The notes beneath the pieces were generated by a model. It had not been told where the DNA came from. It searched no databases and was given only the letters and a program-made list of their open reading frames with translations. A program made the position numbers and the translations under genes. A stretch of DNA of 64,000 nucleotides, taken from positions 110,068 to 174,067 of the forward strand of contig JAFDYF010000051.1 of the NCBI GenBank assembly GCA_018267575.1, written 5' to 3'. The DNA comes from Bacteroidota bacterium (GTDB lineage: Bacteria; Bacteroidota; Bacteroidia; Chitinophagales; Chitinophagaceae). Shown here in pieces: positions 40,301-48,018 of this stretch. Within the stretch, counting starts at the first letter, position 1. The number at the start of each line of letters is the position of its first letter.

Positions 40301-42648
40301 CCGGAAACCGTTCGGCTATTCTGGACCAACAAAGGGCAAGCAATAACCCCAATGCCGATAGCCTGATCACTACTTTCAATTTATCCAATTATTCCCCAAG
40401 CGATCAGATCTGGTTGAATTTTTATTATCGCAATCAAGGGATTGATTTTTCTCTTCCTGGCAATACAGTATGGATCCGTGGAAATGACCAAGCTTCATGG
40501 ATTCAGGTAGATACCCTGGTAATAACGGCTGCATCCATCGGGAATTATCTCCCTTCAAAAAATATTGATGTAAAGGGGATATTGGCTGGGGCGGTTCCAG
40601 CACAAACCGTAACATCCAGTTTTCAGATCAAGTTTGGTGAGCAGGGTTTTACTTCCGCGAACTCTGTGATCACAGATGGTGATTTGGACGATGGATATTC
40701 ATTTGATGATATTACTTTCACAAAAGCACTAAACGATGTAGGTATCATTGGCTTGGTAAGCCCCAATTTGAGCAATACCTGCAATTTGACCAATGCTGAA
40801 TTGATACAAGTGAAGGTAAAAAATTATTCGGGAACAGCACTTAATAATATCTCAATTTCCTATAGCATTAATGGTAAAATCATAACAGAGAATATCCCTT
40901 CACTGGCCGGCTTCGATTCTGTGGTTTATAGTTTTTCACAAAAAGCAGACCTATTGAATTATGGGGCCTATAATATTGGTGTTTGGGTTCATTATAACGG
41001 AGACAATTACCCCAATAATGATAGCTTGCTGAATATGACTTTGAATACCGTGCCTATCATTTCATCTTATCCCTATTTGGAAGGCTTTGAGTCGTCCAAT
41101 GGTTATTGGTATTCTGGGGGCACCAATAATGATTGGGCATGGGGGGCGCCTCAAAAAAAGATCATCAAAAATGCGGCTAATGGGAAAAATGCATGGGTAA
41201 CCGATTTATATTCCAATTACAATAATAACGAGCTTGCTTATTTATATTCACCTTGTTTCGATTTGAGTAGTCTATCCCAACCCGTACTTTCTTTTAGTCA
41301 TATTTTCCAAACAGAAGATGACTGTGATTGTGATTATCATTGGGTGGAGTATAGTACGGACGGCATAAACTGGTTAAAACTTGGCGCATCCGGAAGTGGT
41401 ACCAACTGGTATGACAACCCATATAAACAAGGTTGGCAAATGTCTGATACCATTTGGCATGTTTCCAGTGTGGATATACCGACCAATGGCAGCAAAGTGC
41501 GTTTCCGCTTTGTGATGTTCAGCGACCCATATACGAATTATGAAGGGGTGGGCATTGACGATATCCATGTTTTTGACAAGGCATCAGTATATAATGCAGC
41601 CAATATTGGCTCAGGTCTTTCACAGCCCGTGAGTGGAAATAGCTGGGTCAATTTTAGGGTGGGTAAAAATGTGGTGGCTGCTATTAACCCGAATGGGCAG
41701 GATTTGGGCAATACCGTAGTTAAAGTTTTTCTCGAAGATAGTGTGGTCAGAAATAGTGCCAACCAATATTATCTTGGAAGAAATCTGGTGATACAACCTT
41801 CTACGCCACCTACGGACAGTGTTTCGGTGCGGTTCTATTTTTTGGATTCAGAAGCAGATTCTTTGATAAACGCTTCGGGCTGTACAAACTGTACATCGGT
41901 GCATGATGCCTATCAACTTGGGGTAACACAGTATAGCAAGGATGTGGTGAACGAAGATAGTAGCCTGTTAAATAATAGCAATGGGGTATATCGCTTCATC
42001 GTCCCACGCAATCAAGTTAGTATTATTCCCAATGATAACGGGTATTATGCCGAATTCAAAGTGGCAGGTTTTTCAGAGTTCTGGCTAAATGGCGGCGGAA
42101 CAATCCAAAGCCAGCCTGTAGGTTCGGTGCTCCGGATGTTCACGGCTATAAAAACCGATAGCAGCCATTCCTTATTACAATGGGCTGTGATCAACGGATC
42201 GAATACCAGTTATTTTTTGGTGCAGAAGAGTATTGACGGAGGATCAAATTTTTCCAATATTGATTCGGTTAGTTTCAACTCCTCAATTAATAGTTATCCG
42301 TATGTTGATAGCTTGTTATACGGCAATAACTATTATCGAATTAAAATTGTGGACAGCAGTGGAAAATATCAATATACCAATATACTATTCTTGACGAGGA
42401 CCGAGCCTATTACCCAAATCCAGGTTTTCCCAAATCCAGTGATGGCCCATACCGCCTTGACTATTAAAACACCTGAAAACTGCCAGAACATCCAACTTTG
42501 TGATGCTTTGGGAAGGGTTTTTATAACGGAGAATGTAAGCGGGCAAATCAATACGCTGGAGTTGAAAAATGGCATTGCCACAGGTATCTATTTTCTGATC
42601 GTTCAGACCGATAAGGAAAGAAAAGTGATAAAGGTATTTGTGCAATAG
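37336..42648 (+). CDS. 1770-aa S8-family (subtilisin-like) serine peptidase with MAM-like/adhesion modules and T9SS type-A C-terminal sorting domain
   Basis: Signal peptide. Catalytic motifs IGIGDDAD (Asp), YHGTHTAGTAAG (His) and GSGTSMSCPAVTG (Ser). A P-domain-like segment NNLDLTVTEPNG. A MAM-like segment YPYLEGFESSNGYWYSGG...DCDCDYHWVEYSTDG. C-terminus QVFPNPVMAHTALTI...GIYFLIVQT...KVFVQ. Confidence 0.9.
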   Translation: MKNCYAFLLCLFITTTSLFAQKKLPPIKLKAGEFSRGKNLLKSNTSKDIWSTTRFQNKIYSVIQFDKTPTVFDRKQLTDQGIHLYGYMPGNAFMAELPESFSQDGFGNSFIAGAYHIDRKFKISPNVSESISSYSADPKHAIAVSFFGSLKKEDVSKELTNLGANILSTKIQPDQVVFIKASADVLDKIAALPFVSYINTQVLKDEPLNYYDHGFHSLDALAAFSGRNLQGKNVTIGIGDDADPSSHIDFTGRLILRTPNPVNYHGTHTAGTAAGAGLLNPKYKGMAPKATLVSQSFSDIIVNAPVYMNDFDMVLTNNSYYTGANGCSGDGEYDVLSNYIDGQVVQSDSLLHVFAAGNDGGLTCSPYPQAFNTIKSGFQSAKNVLTVGNIDYYYYVVTPLSSHGPVNDGRLKPEIMGAGSFIQSTYPYNTYGSGSGTSMSCPAVTGTMALLYERYRQLHGGASPSSALIKAVACNGADDMGNAGPDFTYGFGRLNARTAVEAIENNHYFTGTVDNAGNNTHLLNSVPAGTQQIKIMLYWNDVPAAANAASALVNNLDLTVTEPNGTTTHYPLILNPAPSHVNDLAVEGVDNVNNIEQVVIYNPPAGNFTIHVKGTNVPMGPQNYVVAYEIVSPSVTVEYPFGNETLVPGESEIIRWSAYGGEPNSFNINYSIDNGTNWIPIANGVDASARSFTWIVPNTITNQALVQVIRNGVNYSDVSDYNFTILGQPTLTITNPCQTYAQLVWNKINGAASYEVMMLKGDSMQTIASTTDTTYLLQGQRQGSNQWLSVRAINGGVAGRRAIAANLVSTSTTSCSFINNDFTVDSLISPLTGRQYTSTQLGNAQPIKIELKNLGSLSSSVPILVSYQVNGGAVVTENISSSIASGSIYDYTFSAPYDFSAVGSYTIKTWVSYPTDSLHENDTLTATIKNLQNDPILLSPTFTEGFENASIGTYYNGTLGFTGLDRCDFFSSSSNGRARTYINTGFARTGNRSAILDQQRASNNPNADSLITTFNLSNYSPSDQIWLNFYYRNQGIDFSLPGNTVWIRGNDQASWIQVDTLVITAASIGNYLPSKNIDVKGILAGAVPAQTVTSSFQIKFGEQGFTSANSVITDGDLDDGYSFDDITFTKALNDVGIIGLVSPNLSNTCNLTNAELIQVKVKNYSGTALNNISISYSINGKIITENIPSLAGFDSVVYSFSQKADLLNYGAYNIGVWVHYNGDNYPNNDSLLNMTLNTVPIISSYPYLEGFESSNGYWYSGGTNNDWAWGAPQKKIIKNAANGKNAWVTDLYSNYNNNELAYLYSPCFDLSSLSQPVLSFSHIFQTEDDCDCDYHWVEYSTDGINWLKLGASGSGTNWYDNPYKQGWQMSDTIWHVSSVDIPTNGSKVRFRFVMFSDPYTNYEGVGIDDIHVFDKASVYNAANIGSGLSQPVSGNSWVNFRVGKNVVAAINPNGQDLGNTVVKVFLEDSVVRNSANQYYLGRNLVIQPSTPPTDSVSVRFYFLDSEADSLINASGCTNCTSVHDAYQLGVTQYSKDVVNEDSSLLNNSNGVYRFIVPRNQVSIIPNDNGYYAEFKVAGFSEFWLNGGGTIQSQPVGSVLRMFTAIKTDSSHSLLQWAVINGSNTSYFLVQKSIDGGSNFSNIDSVSFNSSINSYPYVDSLLYGNNYYRIKIVDSSGKYQYTNILFLTRTEPITQIQVFPNPVMAHTALTIKTPENCQNIQLCDALGRVFITENVSGQINTLELKNGIATGIYFLIVQTDKERKVIKVFVQ

Positions 42649-42746
42649 ATAATTTAAAAATCAGCTTAGCATATTTGTGATGACCTCCAGGACGAATATA
42701 CTCGAATCGGATGGGTCGTTAGCCCAGCATGAGGGGCAATAAAAAA

Positions 42747-42767
42747 CCATCCTGTTTTGCAGGATGG
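42747..42767 (-). terminator. intrinsic terminator of the small repeat lipoprotein gene
   Basis: 8-bp stem ccatcctg / caggatgg with a 5-nt loop, followed on the minus strand by T6 (42741-42746). It lies 36 nt past the stop at 42803. Confidence 0.75.
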
Positions 42768-42802
42768 CTTAACGATTGCTTGCTATATAAAAAACTAAAA
42801 AC

Positions 42803-43009
42803 TTATTTTTTTATTACAGAATCAACCTTAGCTTTAGCTGAATCAACTACAGATTTAGCTGAATCAACTACAGATTTAGCTGAATCAACAACAGCCTTAG
42901 CTGAAGAGTCTACCGTTTTAACAGCAGAATCAACTTTAGCTTCAGTGCTAGAAGATCCGTTACATGCTGCGAAAGCGCCGATTGCGAGAACTACGAGTAA
43001 TTTTTTCAT
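42803..43009 (-). CDS. 68-aa lipoprotein built of heptad-like AK(S/A)VVDS repeats
   Basis: Lipobox MKKLLVVLAIGAFAAC. The mature part is KVDSAVKTVDSSAKAVVDSAKSVVDSAKSVVDSAKAKVDSVIKK. It has its own terminator and is divergent from the ECF sigma gene. Confidence 0.7.
   Translation of the reverse strand: MKKLLVVLAIGAFAACNGSSSTEAKVDSAVKTVDSSAKAVVDSAKSVVDSAKSVVDSAKAKVDSVIKK
42842..42904. repeat. tandem 21-bp repeat (ttagctgaatcaactacagat) inside the small lipoprotein gene
   Basis: Two identical units at 42842-42862 and 42863-42883, a diverged third at 42884-42904, and partial copies on both sides. Confidence 0.9.
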
Positions 43010-43201
43010 TTAAAATGAATTTTGTTGTTATTGAATGGTTTCAGGTTAATACCCGGAAAGGAAAAAAGTAACCCTGTTTTATATATATTTATTTTAATAA
43101 TAAATAATAGCTTGTCTATAAGTGAAAAATAAGCTTTTTTTAATTTTTAAGTACTAAAATGGGTTACGAATCTTTAATTTCGGTATTAAAATTAGTCTTG
43201 C

Positions 43202-43771
43202 GTGAAGATTGAAGCAAATGAACAGGATTTATTAAGAGGTTTGGCAAATAATGACAGGTTGGCCATTGAAACCATTTATAAGGATCATTATAAAATGATT
43301 CAGACAATGGTGCTGAGCAATAGCGGTAGCAGCGATGAGGCCAAGGATATTTTTCAGGAGTCGATGATTGTGCTTTACGAAAAGGTGAGGTCTGGAAAGT
43401 TCGAGTTAAATTGTCAGCTTAAAACTTATTTGTATTCGGTTTGCCGTCGTTTATGGCTCAAGCGGCTTAATCAGATACAACGAAGTGCCCCAGCAGTGGA
43501 TAGCATGGAAAATGTAATTGCGGTTGAAGACGATGTTGAACTGCATCAAAGGCTGAATGCTGATTATCATTTGATGGAACTTGCCATGAATGGATTGGGG
43601 GAACCATGCAAAAGTTTGCTACAGGCCTATTATCTGGAGAAAAAAAACATGGTGGAGATTGCGGAAAGTTTCGGTTATACCAATGCCGATAATGCCAAGA
43701 ACCAGAAATACAAATGCCTGATGAGACTTAAAAAAATATTTTTTGATCAATATAATAAAAACAAAGGGTGA
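43202..43771 (+). CDS. ECF-type RNA polymerase sigma-70 family factor
   Basis: GTG start. Region 2 DIFQESMIVLYEK...YLYSVCRRLWLKR and region 4 MVEIAESFGYTNADNAKNQKYKCLMRLKK. About 189 aa. Confidence 0.85.
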   Translation: MKIEANEQDLLRGLANNDRLAIETIYKDHYKMIQTMVLSNSGSSDEAKDIFQESMIVLYEKVRSGKFELNCQLKTYLYSVCRRLWLKRLNQIQRSAPAVDSMENVIAVEDDVELHQRLNADYHLMELAMNGLGEPCKSLLQAYYLEKKNMVEIAESFGYTNADNAKNQKYKCLMRLKKIFFDQYNKNKG

Positions 43772-44859
43772 TGGAAGAGATTGTCATGATGGATACGATC
43801 GAGCGCTATGCCAAAGGAGAAATGTTGCCAGAAGAAAAACATTTTTTTGAGGAATTACGCAAAAGCAGCCCAGAGCTGGATCAGTTGGTAATCGACCATC
43901 TTCATTTCCTAAATAAAATTGACGAATTTGGGCAAAGAAAGGCTTTAGATACAACCCTCAACGCGGTTCATAACAAACTGTCCAGTTCCGGCGATATCAA
44001 AGATGTGCCTACCGCAAAAGTGATTGGTCTATGGAAGAAATATAGAAAAGTGGTTTTGGTAGCAGCATCCATTGCTGGGATTACGGCGTTGGCTATCAGC
44101 AGCCTCATTTCTTTTGTAACACCCAAGCCCGATAACAAATCTATTTTGCAATTAAGGCGTGAACTAAGGGCCGTTCAAGTGAACCAAACTATACTCAATA
44201 ACCAAATCAATGAGATCAAGCCGAAAATTCCGGAAGACGTGAAAATGAAATACGGTGGCACAGGCTTTTTGATCGATGGCAAGGGTTATCTGGTCACGAA
44301 TGAGCATGTGGTCGATAATGCAAGGGCCGTGATTGTGCAAAATAATAAAGGGGAAGAGTTCAAAGCAAAAATCCTCCACATCGATAGGAATTCCGATCTG
44401 GCAATATTAAAAATCGATGATAATGATTTCAAACCTTATGGCAGTTTGCCATACAGCATCAGTAAATCCAGTGCCGACCTTGGTGAACAAATTTTTACTT
44501 TAGGTTTTCCCAGGGACGAGATTGTGTATGGGGAGGGGTATATGAGCGCCAAGACTGGTTTTGATGGGGACACATTGGCCTGTCAGATTGCGGTAGCAGC
44601 CAATCCCGGTAATAGTGGGGCACCGGTGTTGAATAAGAATGGAGAAATCATAGGTGTACTTAGTGCCAGACAGATTCAGGCACAGGGAGTGGTTTTTGCC
44701 ATCAAATCAAAAAACATTTATAAGCTAGTTGATTCATTGAAAACGGATACTAGCTATGCTTCTGTTAAAACGCCTTCCAACTCCTTATTAAAAGGAATGG
44801 ATCGGGTTCAGCAGATTAAGAAAATTCAGGATTGTATTTTTATAGTGAAAAGTTACTAA
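43768..44859 (+). CDS. single-pass membrane protein: anti-sigma-like N-terminal domain fused to a trypsin-like (S1C/DegS-like) serine protease domain
   Basis: Its start overlaps the sigma stop (GTGATG). The N-terminus IERYAKGEMLPEEKHFFEELRKSSPELDQLV is the pattern common in Bacteroidota anti-sigma factors. TM helix VVLVAASIAGITALAISSLISFV. Protease triad contexts are LVTNEHVV (His), NSDLAILKI (Asp) and GNSGAPVLN (Ser). Confidence 0.75.
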   Translation: MMEEIVMMDTIERYAKGEMLPEEKHFFEELRKSSPELDQLVIDHLHFLNKIDEFGQRKALDTTLNAVHNKLSSSGDIKDVPTAKVIGLWKKYRKVVLVAASIAGITALAISSLISFVTPKPDNKSILQLRRELRAVQVNQTILNNQINEIKPKIPEDVKMKYGGTGFLIDGKGYLVTNEHVVDNARAVIVQNNKGEEFKAKILHIDRNSDLAILKIDDNDFKPYGSLPYSISKSSADLGEQIFTLGFPRDEIVYGEGYMSAKTGFDGDTLACQIAVAANPGNSGAPVLNKNGEIIGVLSARQIQAQGVVFAIKSKNIYKLVDSLKTDTSYASVKTPSNSLLKGMDRVQQIKKIQDCIFIVKSY

Positions 44860-44887
44860 GGTTATAGCAACTTTTTATACAAACCAG

Positions 44888-46690
44888 TTAGTGATTGGAA
44901 AAATCGTTAACTGGTTTTTTCTTTTTGTCCCTAGCATAAATTTTTTTTGCTTTTCGCATCAGTCCCTCAAATTCTTTTTGAAAAATATCATTGGGGTTAT
45001 AAGCTTCTGAGAGCAAATTCATGGCATCGTTCCATCCAGCATCACCAAACTGGGATGATTTTTTAAGTAGGCCTGCGTACAGTGCAATGCTTGAGGCAAA
45101 ACGATATGGTTTTGGCAGGTTTGAAAATAGGGTGGGTGTAGTCGAAAGCTGGTAATAGGAGTATCGGTTTGTACTGTCACCGGGCATTTTGTAATGCATT
45201 ACGATATTCCCAAAATTGGTCATCTGCATTTTGTTAGAGACATCTTCGGTTGCCGGGATTGCTACGCGGGGCGTTATTTCAAACAAAGCCATCAGCGAGC
45301 CTTCGGAACCCATTTCACCCCCAACAATTTTGCTGTTAGGATCTTTCAACGCATCGACTTTGTTTTCAAAACCAATCAAGCGATAGCTTTTGATGAGGTT
45401 TGAATCAAGGTTGATTTCGAAATAAGCACTATCAGCAACGGCATAAATAATCTGCGCGAACTCCCGCATCAATGCTTTTTCCGCATGACGCTCGTCATCA
45501 ATATAAGTCATGTTGCCATTACCTCTTTCTGCCAGTACATGCAATTTTTCATCTTTTATATTACCAAGCCCCACACCGAGACAGCTAAAATAAATGCCCC
45601 AGCGTTTGTGCATCATGATCATTTTTTCGAGTTCTTCCTGTGTGCTTTCCCCAATATTGAACTCCCCATCTGTGGCCAATATGATCCGGTTGTTTCCTCC
45701 TTGTATAAATTGGTTTTCAGCAATGGTATAGGCTGCTTTAATCGCCACATCGCCGGGCGATGCCCCACCTGCTTTCAGTTCTTCAATGGCTTTGAGTATT
45801 TCTGATTTATTACTACCAGAAGTGGGCGGTAACCATATAGAGGCAGACTTTCCATATACCACAATAGAAACGGTGTCCTTTTCCCTGAGGTTATTAATCA
45901 AAAAACGGAAAGCTGATTTTAAAAGCGGGAGTCTGTTGGGCAAACCCATGGTGCCTGTTACATCGATCAAAAAAACCAAGTTGGCGGAAGGGATTTTTTC
46001 CAAATCGATTTTTTTGGCACTGGCATGAAAAAATAGAAGTTGGTTCTGTTCGTTCCATGGACATTTTGATACATACGAATCAAATTTGAAATTGCTATCC
46101 GCTGCGGGTTCCTGATAACCCAGATTGAAATAATTGAACAATTCTTCGGTACGGATCGCATCAGCAGGCACGGTGCTATTCATACCGATATAACGGTTGA
46201 TATTATTGTAAGAAATTTTTTCGGGATTTACTGCGAATATGGTTTGTGGTGAAGCAGCGGCTTCCTCAAAAACATTTTCTACTAGCGATTGGCTGCCATT
46301 CTCTAACCTAGAGAGGTCTTTGATACGGTCGGAAAAATGTGGCTGGGAGATGGACATTAAATGCCTTTGCGATAATAGATTCCCATTTTCCAGCGAGTTC
46401 AGGATTATAGACTGGTATTGACCCGCTTCGAGCAAGAGGGCCAATGGCTTGAAACCATTTGCGGAAATGGTGACAGAATCTGTTTCGCTGTTGATGAGGA
46501 TCTCAAAATTGCCCGAGGTATCTGGGTAATAAAAATAGTTGTTGGAGTGCAACTGTATTTTGGCATTGCCTACTGACTGGTTGGTTTCATCTTTTATTTC
46601 CCCACGCAGGTAGTATTGCGAAAAGCAAGGGATAAAAGCACAGCAAAAAAGAAAGGTTTGTAAAGTTTTTTTCAGGCTTATTAATTTCAT
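44888..46690 (-). CDS. YfbK-like von Willebrand factor type A protein with N-terminal CarboxypepD_reg-like domain
   Basis: Signal peptide. NLVFLIDVTGTMGLPNRLPLLKSAF...DTVSIVVYGKSA...AGGASPG...NRIILATDGEFNIG is the vWA MIDAS region. The C-terminal region resembles DUF3520. Confidence 0.85.
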   Translation of the reverse strand: MKLISLKKTLQTFLFCCAFIPCFSQYYLRGEIKDETNQSVGNAKIQLHSNNYFYYPDTSGNFEILINSETDSVTISANGFKPLALLLEAGQYQSIILNSLENGNLLSQRHLMSISQPHFSDRIKDLSRLENGSQSLVENVFEEAAASPQTIFAVNPEKISYNNINRYIGMNSTVPADAIRTEELFNYFNLGYQEPAADSNFKFDSYVSKCPWNEQNQLLFFHASAKKIDLEKIPSANLVFLIDVTGTMGLPNRLPLLKSAFRFLINNLREKDTVSIVVYGKSASIWLPPTSGSNKSEILKAIEELKAGGASPGDVAIKAAYTIAENQFIQGGNNRIILATDGEFNIGESTQEELEKMIMMHKRWGIYFSCLGVGLGNIKDEKLHVLAERGNGNMTYIDDERHAEKALMREFAQIIYAVADSAYFEINLDSNLIKSYRLIGFENKVDALKDPNSKIVGGEMGSEGSLMALFEITPRVAIPATEDVSNKMQMTNFGNIVMHYKMPGDSTNRYSYYQLSTTPTLFSNLPKPYRFASSIALYAGLLKKSSQFGDAGWNDAMNLLSEAYNPNDIFQKEFEGLMRKAKKIYARDKKKKPVNDFSNH

Positions 46691-46886
46691 TTGAACCTAC
46701 GACATTGTTAGTTTTCATTAAAAATAACATTGATTTCAAGGTATGGAATTAATAAGCGGAAAGATAGCACAAAATCACTAATATAAAAATGAACCGAGCT
46801 TGCTTTTTAGAATTTACTTGGTTTGTTCCCAAATAATGACCACTTGATTTTTTTGGGAATGAGTTCTCATTCTTGTTAACCACTAT

Positions 46887-47885
46887 TTAGTTGGCTAATA
46901 TCTGTTCGATCCTTTTCAATTCTTGTTCCGTGAACCGATAATTTTTCAGGCATTGAACGGAATCCGTTATTTGATCAGCCTTGCTGGCACCAATTAGCAC
47001 GGAGCTAACTCTTTGATCTTTTAAAATCCAGGCAAGTGACATTTGGGCAAGGCTCTGTCCACGCTCTGCGGCCAATACAGCCAATTGTCTTGCTTTCTTG
47101 ATATTGTCAGGTGTGATATCGTCCTCACTCATGGCACCGTTTTGCAATTTTCTGGCAGCCCTTGAATCTGCGGGTATATGGTCCAGATATTTGTTTGTGA
47201 GTAGTCCTTGTGCCAATGGGGAAAATGGGATGCAGCCTACGCCTTCTTTTTCCAGCAGGGATAACAGATTTTTTTCGACCCAACGAACAAACATGGAATA
47301 TTTTGGTTGATGGATCAGACAGGGTGTTCCCATTTTTTTTAAAATATCAAATGCTTTTTTGGCTTCTTCCGCTTGATAGTTTGAAATGCCAATGTACAAA
47401 GCTTTTCCTTGTCTCACAATCAGGTCCAAGGCACTCATGGTTTCTTCCAATGGGGTATCGGGGTCAGGGCGGTGGTGATAAAAAATATCAACATAATCCA
47501 GCCCCATGCGTTTGAGGCTTTGGTGAAGACTGGCGAAAAGATACTTTTTAGACCCCCATTCACCATAAGGCCCCGGCCACATATAATAACCTGCTTTTGA
47601 TGAAATAATCAGCTCATCGCGATGGGGGAGAAGGTCTTTCTTCAATATCCTCCCAAAATTTTCTTCCGCGGAACCTGAGGGTTGGCCATAATTATTGGCA
47701 AGGTCAAAATGCGTGATGCCTGTATCGAATGCCCTCAGCAAAATGGCCCGACAGTTTTCGATGGGATCAATATTCCCGAAATTATGCCAGAGGCCCAAAG
47801 ACAATGCAGAAAGTTTGAGGCCACTGTTCCCACAGCGGCGGTATTCCATGTCCGAATAGCGATGATTGTTAGCCTGATATTCCAT
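46887..47885 (-). CDS. aldo/keto reductase (YghZ-like L-glyceraldehyde 3-phosphate reductase type)
   Basis: MEYQANNHRYSDMEYRRCGNSGLKLSALSLGLWHNFG is collinear with the YghZ N-terminus. The ORF is open to 47990, but the ATG at 47885 fits the family. Confidence 0.85.
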   Translation of the reverse strand: MEYQANNHRYSDMEYRRCGNSGLKLSALSLGLWHNFGNIDPIENCRAILLRAFDTGITHFDLANNYGQPSGSAEENFGRILKKDLLPHRDELIISSKAGYYMWPGPYGEWGSKKYLFASLHQSLKRMGLDYVDIFYHHRPDPDTPLEETMSALDLIVRQGKALYIGISNYQAEEAKKAFDILKKMGTPCLIHQPKYSMFVRWVEKNLLSLLEKEGVGCIPFSPLAQGLLTNKYLDHIPADSRAARKLQNGAMSEDDITPDNIKKARQLAVLAAERGQSLAQMSLAWILKDQRVSSVLIGASKADQITDSVQCLKNYRFTEQELKRIEQILAN

Positions 47886-48018
47886 TAGACAAATAAACGT
47901 AATTAAGCTAAATGTTTTCGAAAAAAATGTCGAAAGGCGAATGGTTGAAGGTTTATGGTATAGGGCTTGGGGTTGAAGGCATTTTAACATTTGCTCAACC
48001 TATCAACTCTTCAACCGA

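Noticed and set aside
42729-43013. 94-aa plus-strand ORF with AESTTDL repeats
   Set aside because: It is the mirror image of the tandem-repeat lipoprotein gene. The minus-strand reading has a lipobox signal peptide and its own terminator, whereas the plus-strand reading runs through that terminator hairpin and has no sensible N-terminus.
44888-46690. vWA protein as a third component of the sigma/anti-sigma::protease module
   Set aside because: It is convergently transcribed, and YfbK-like vWA proteins occur widely without such neighbours. Adjacency alone is not evidence.
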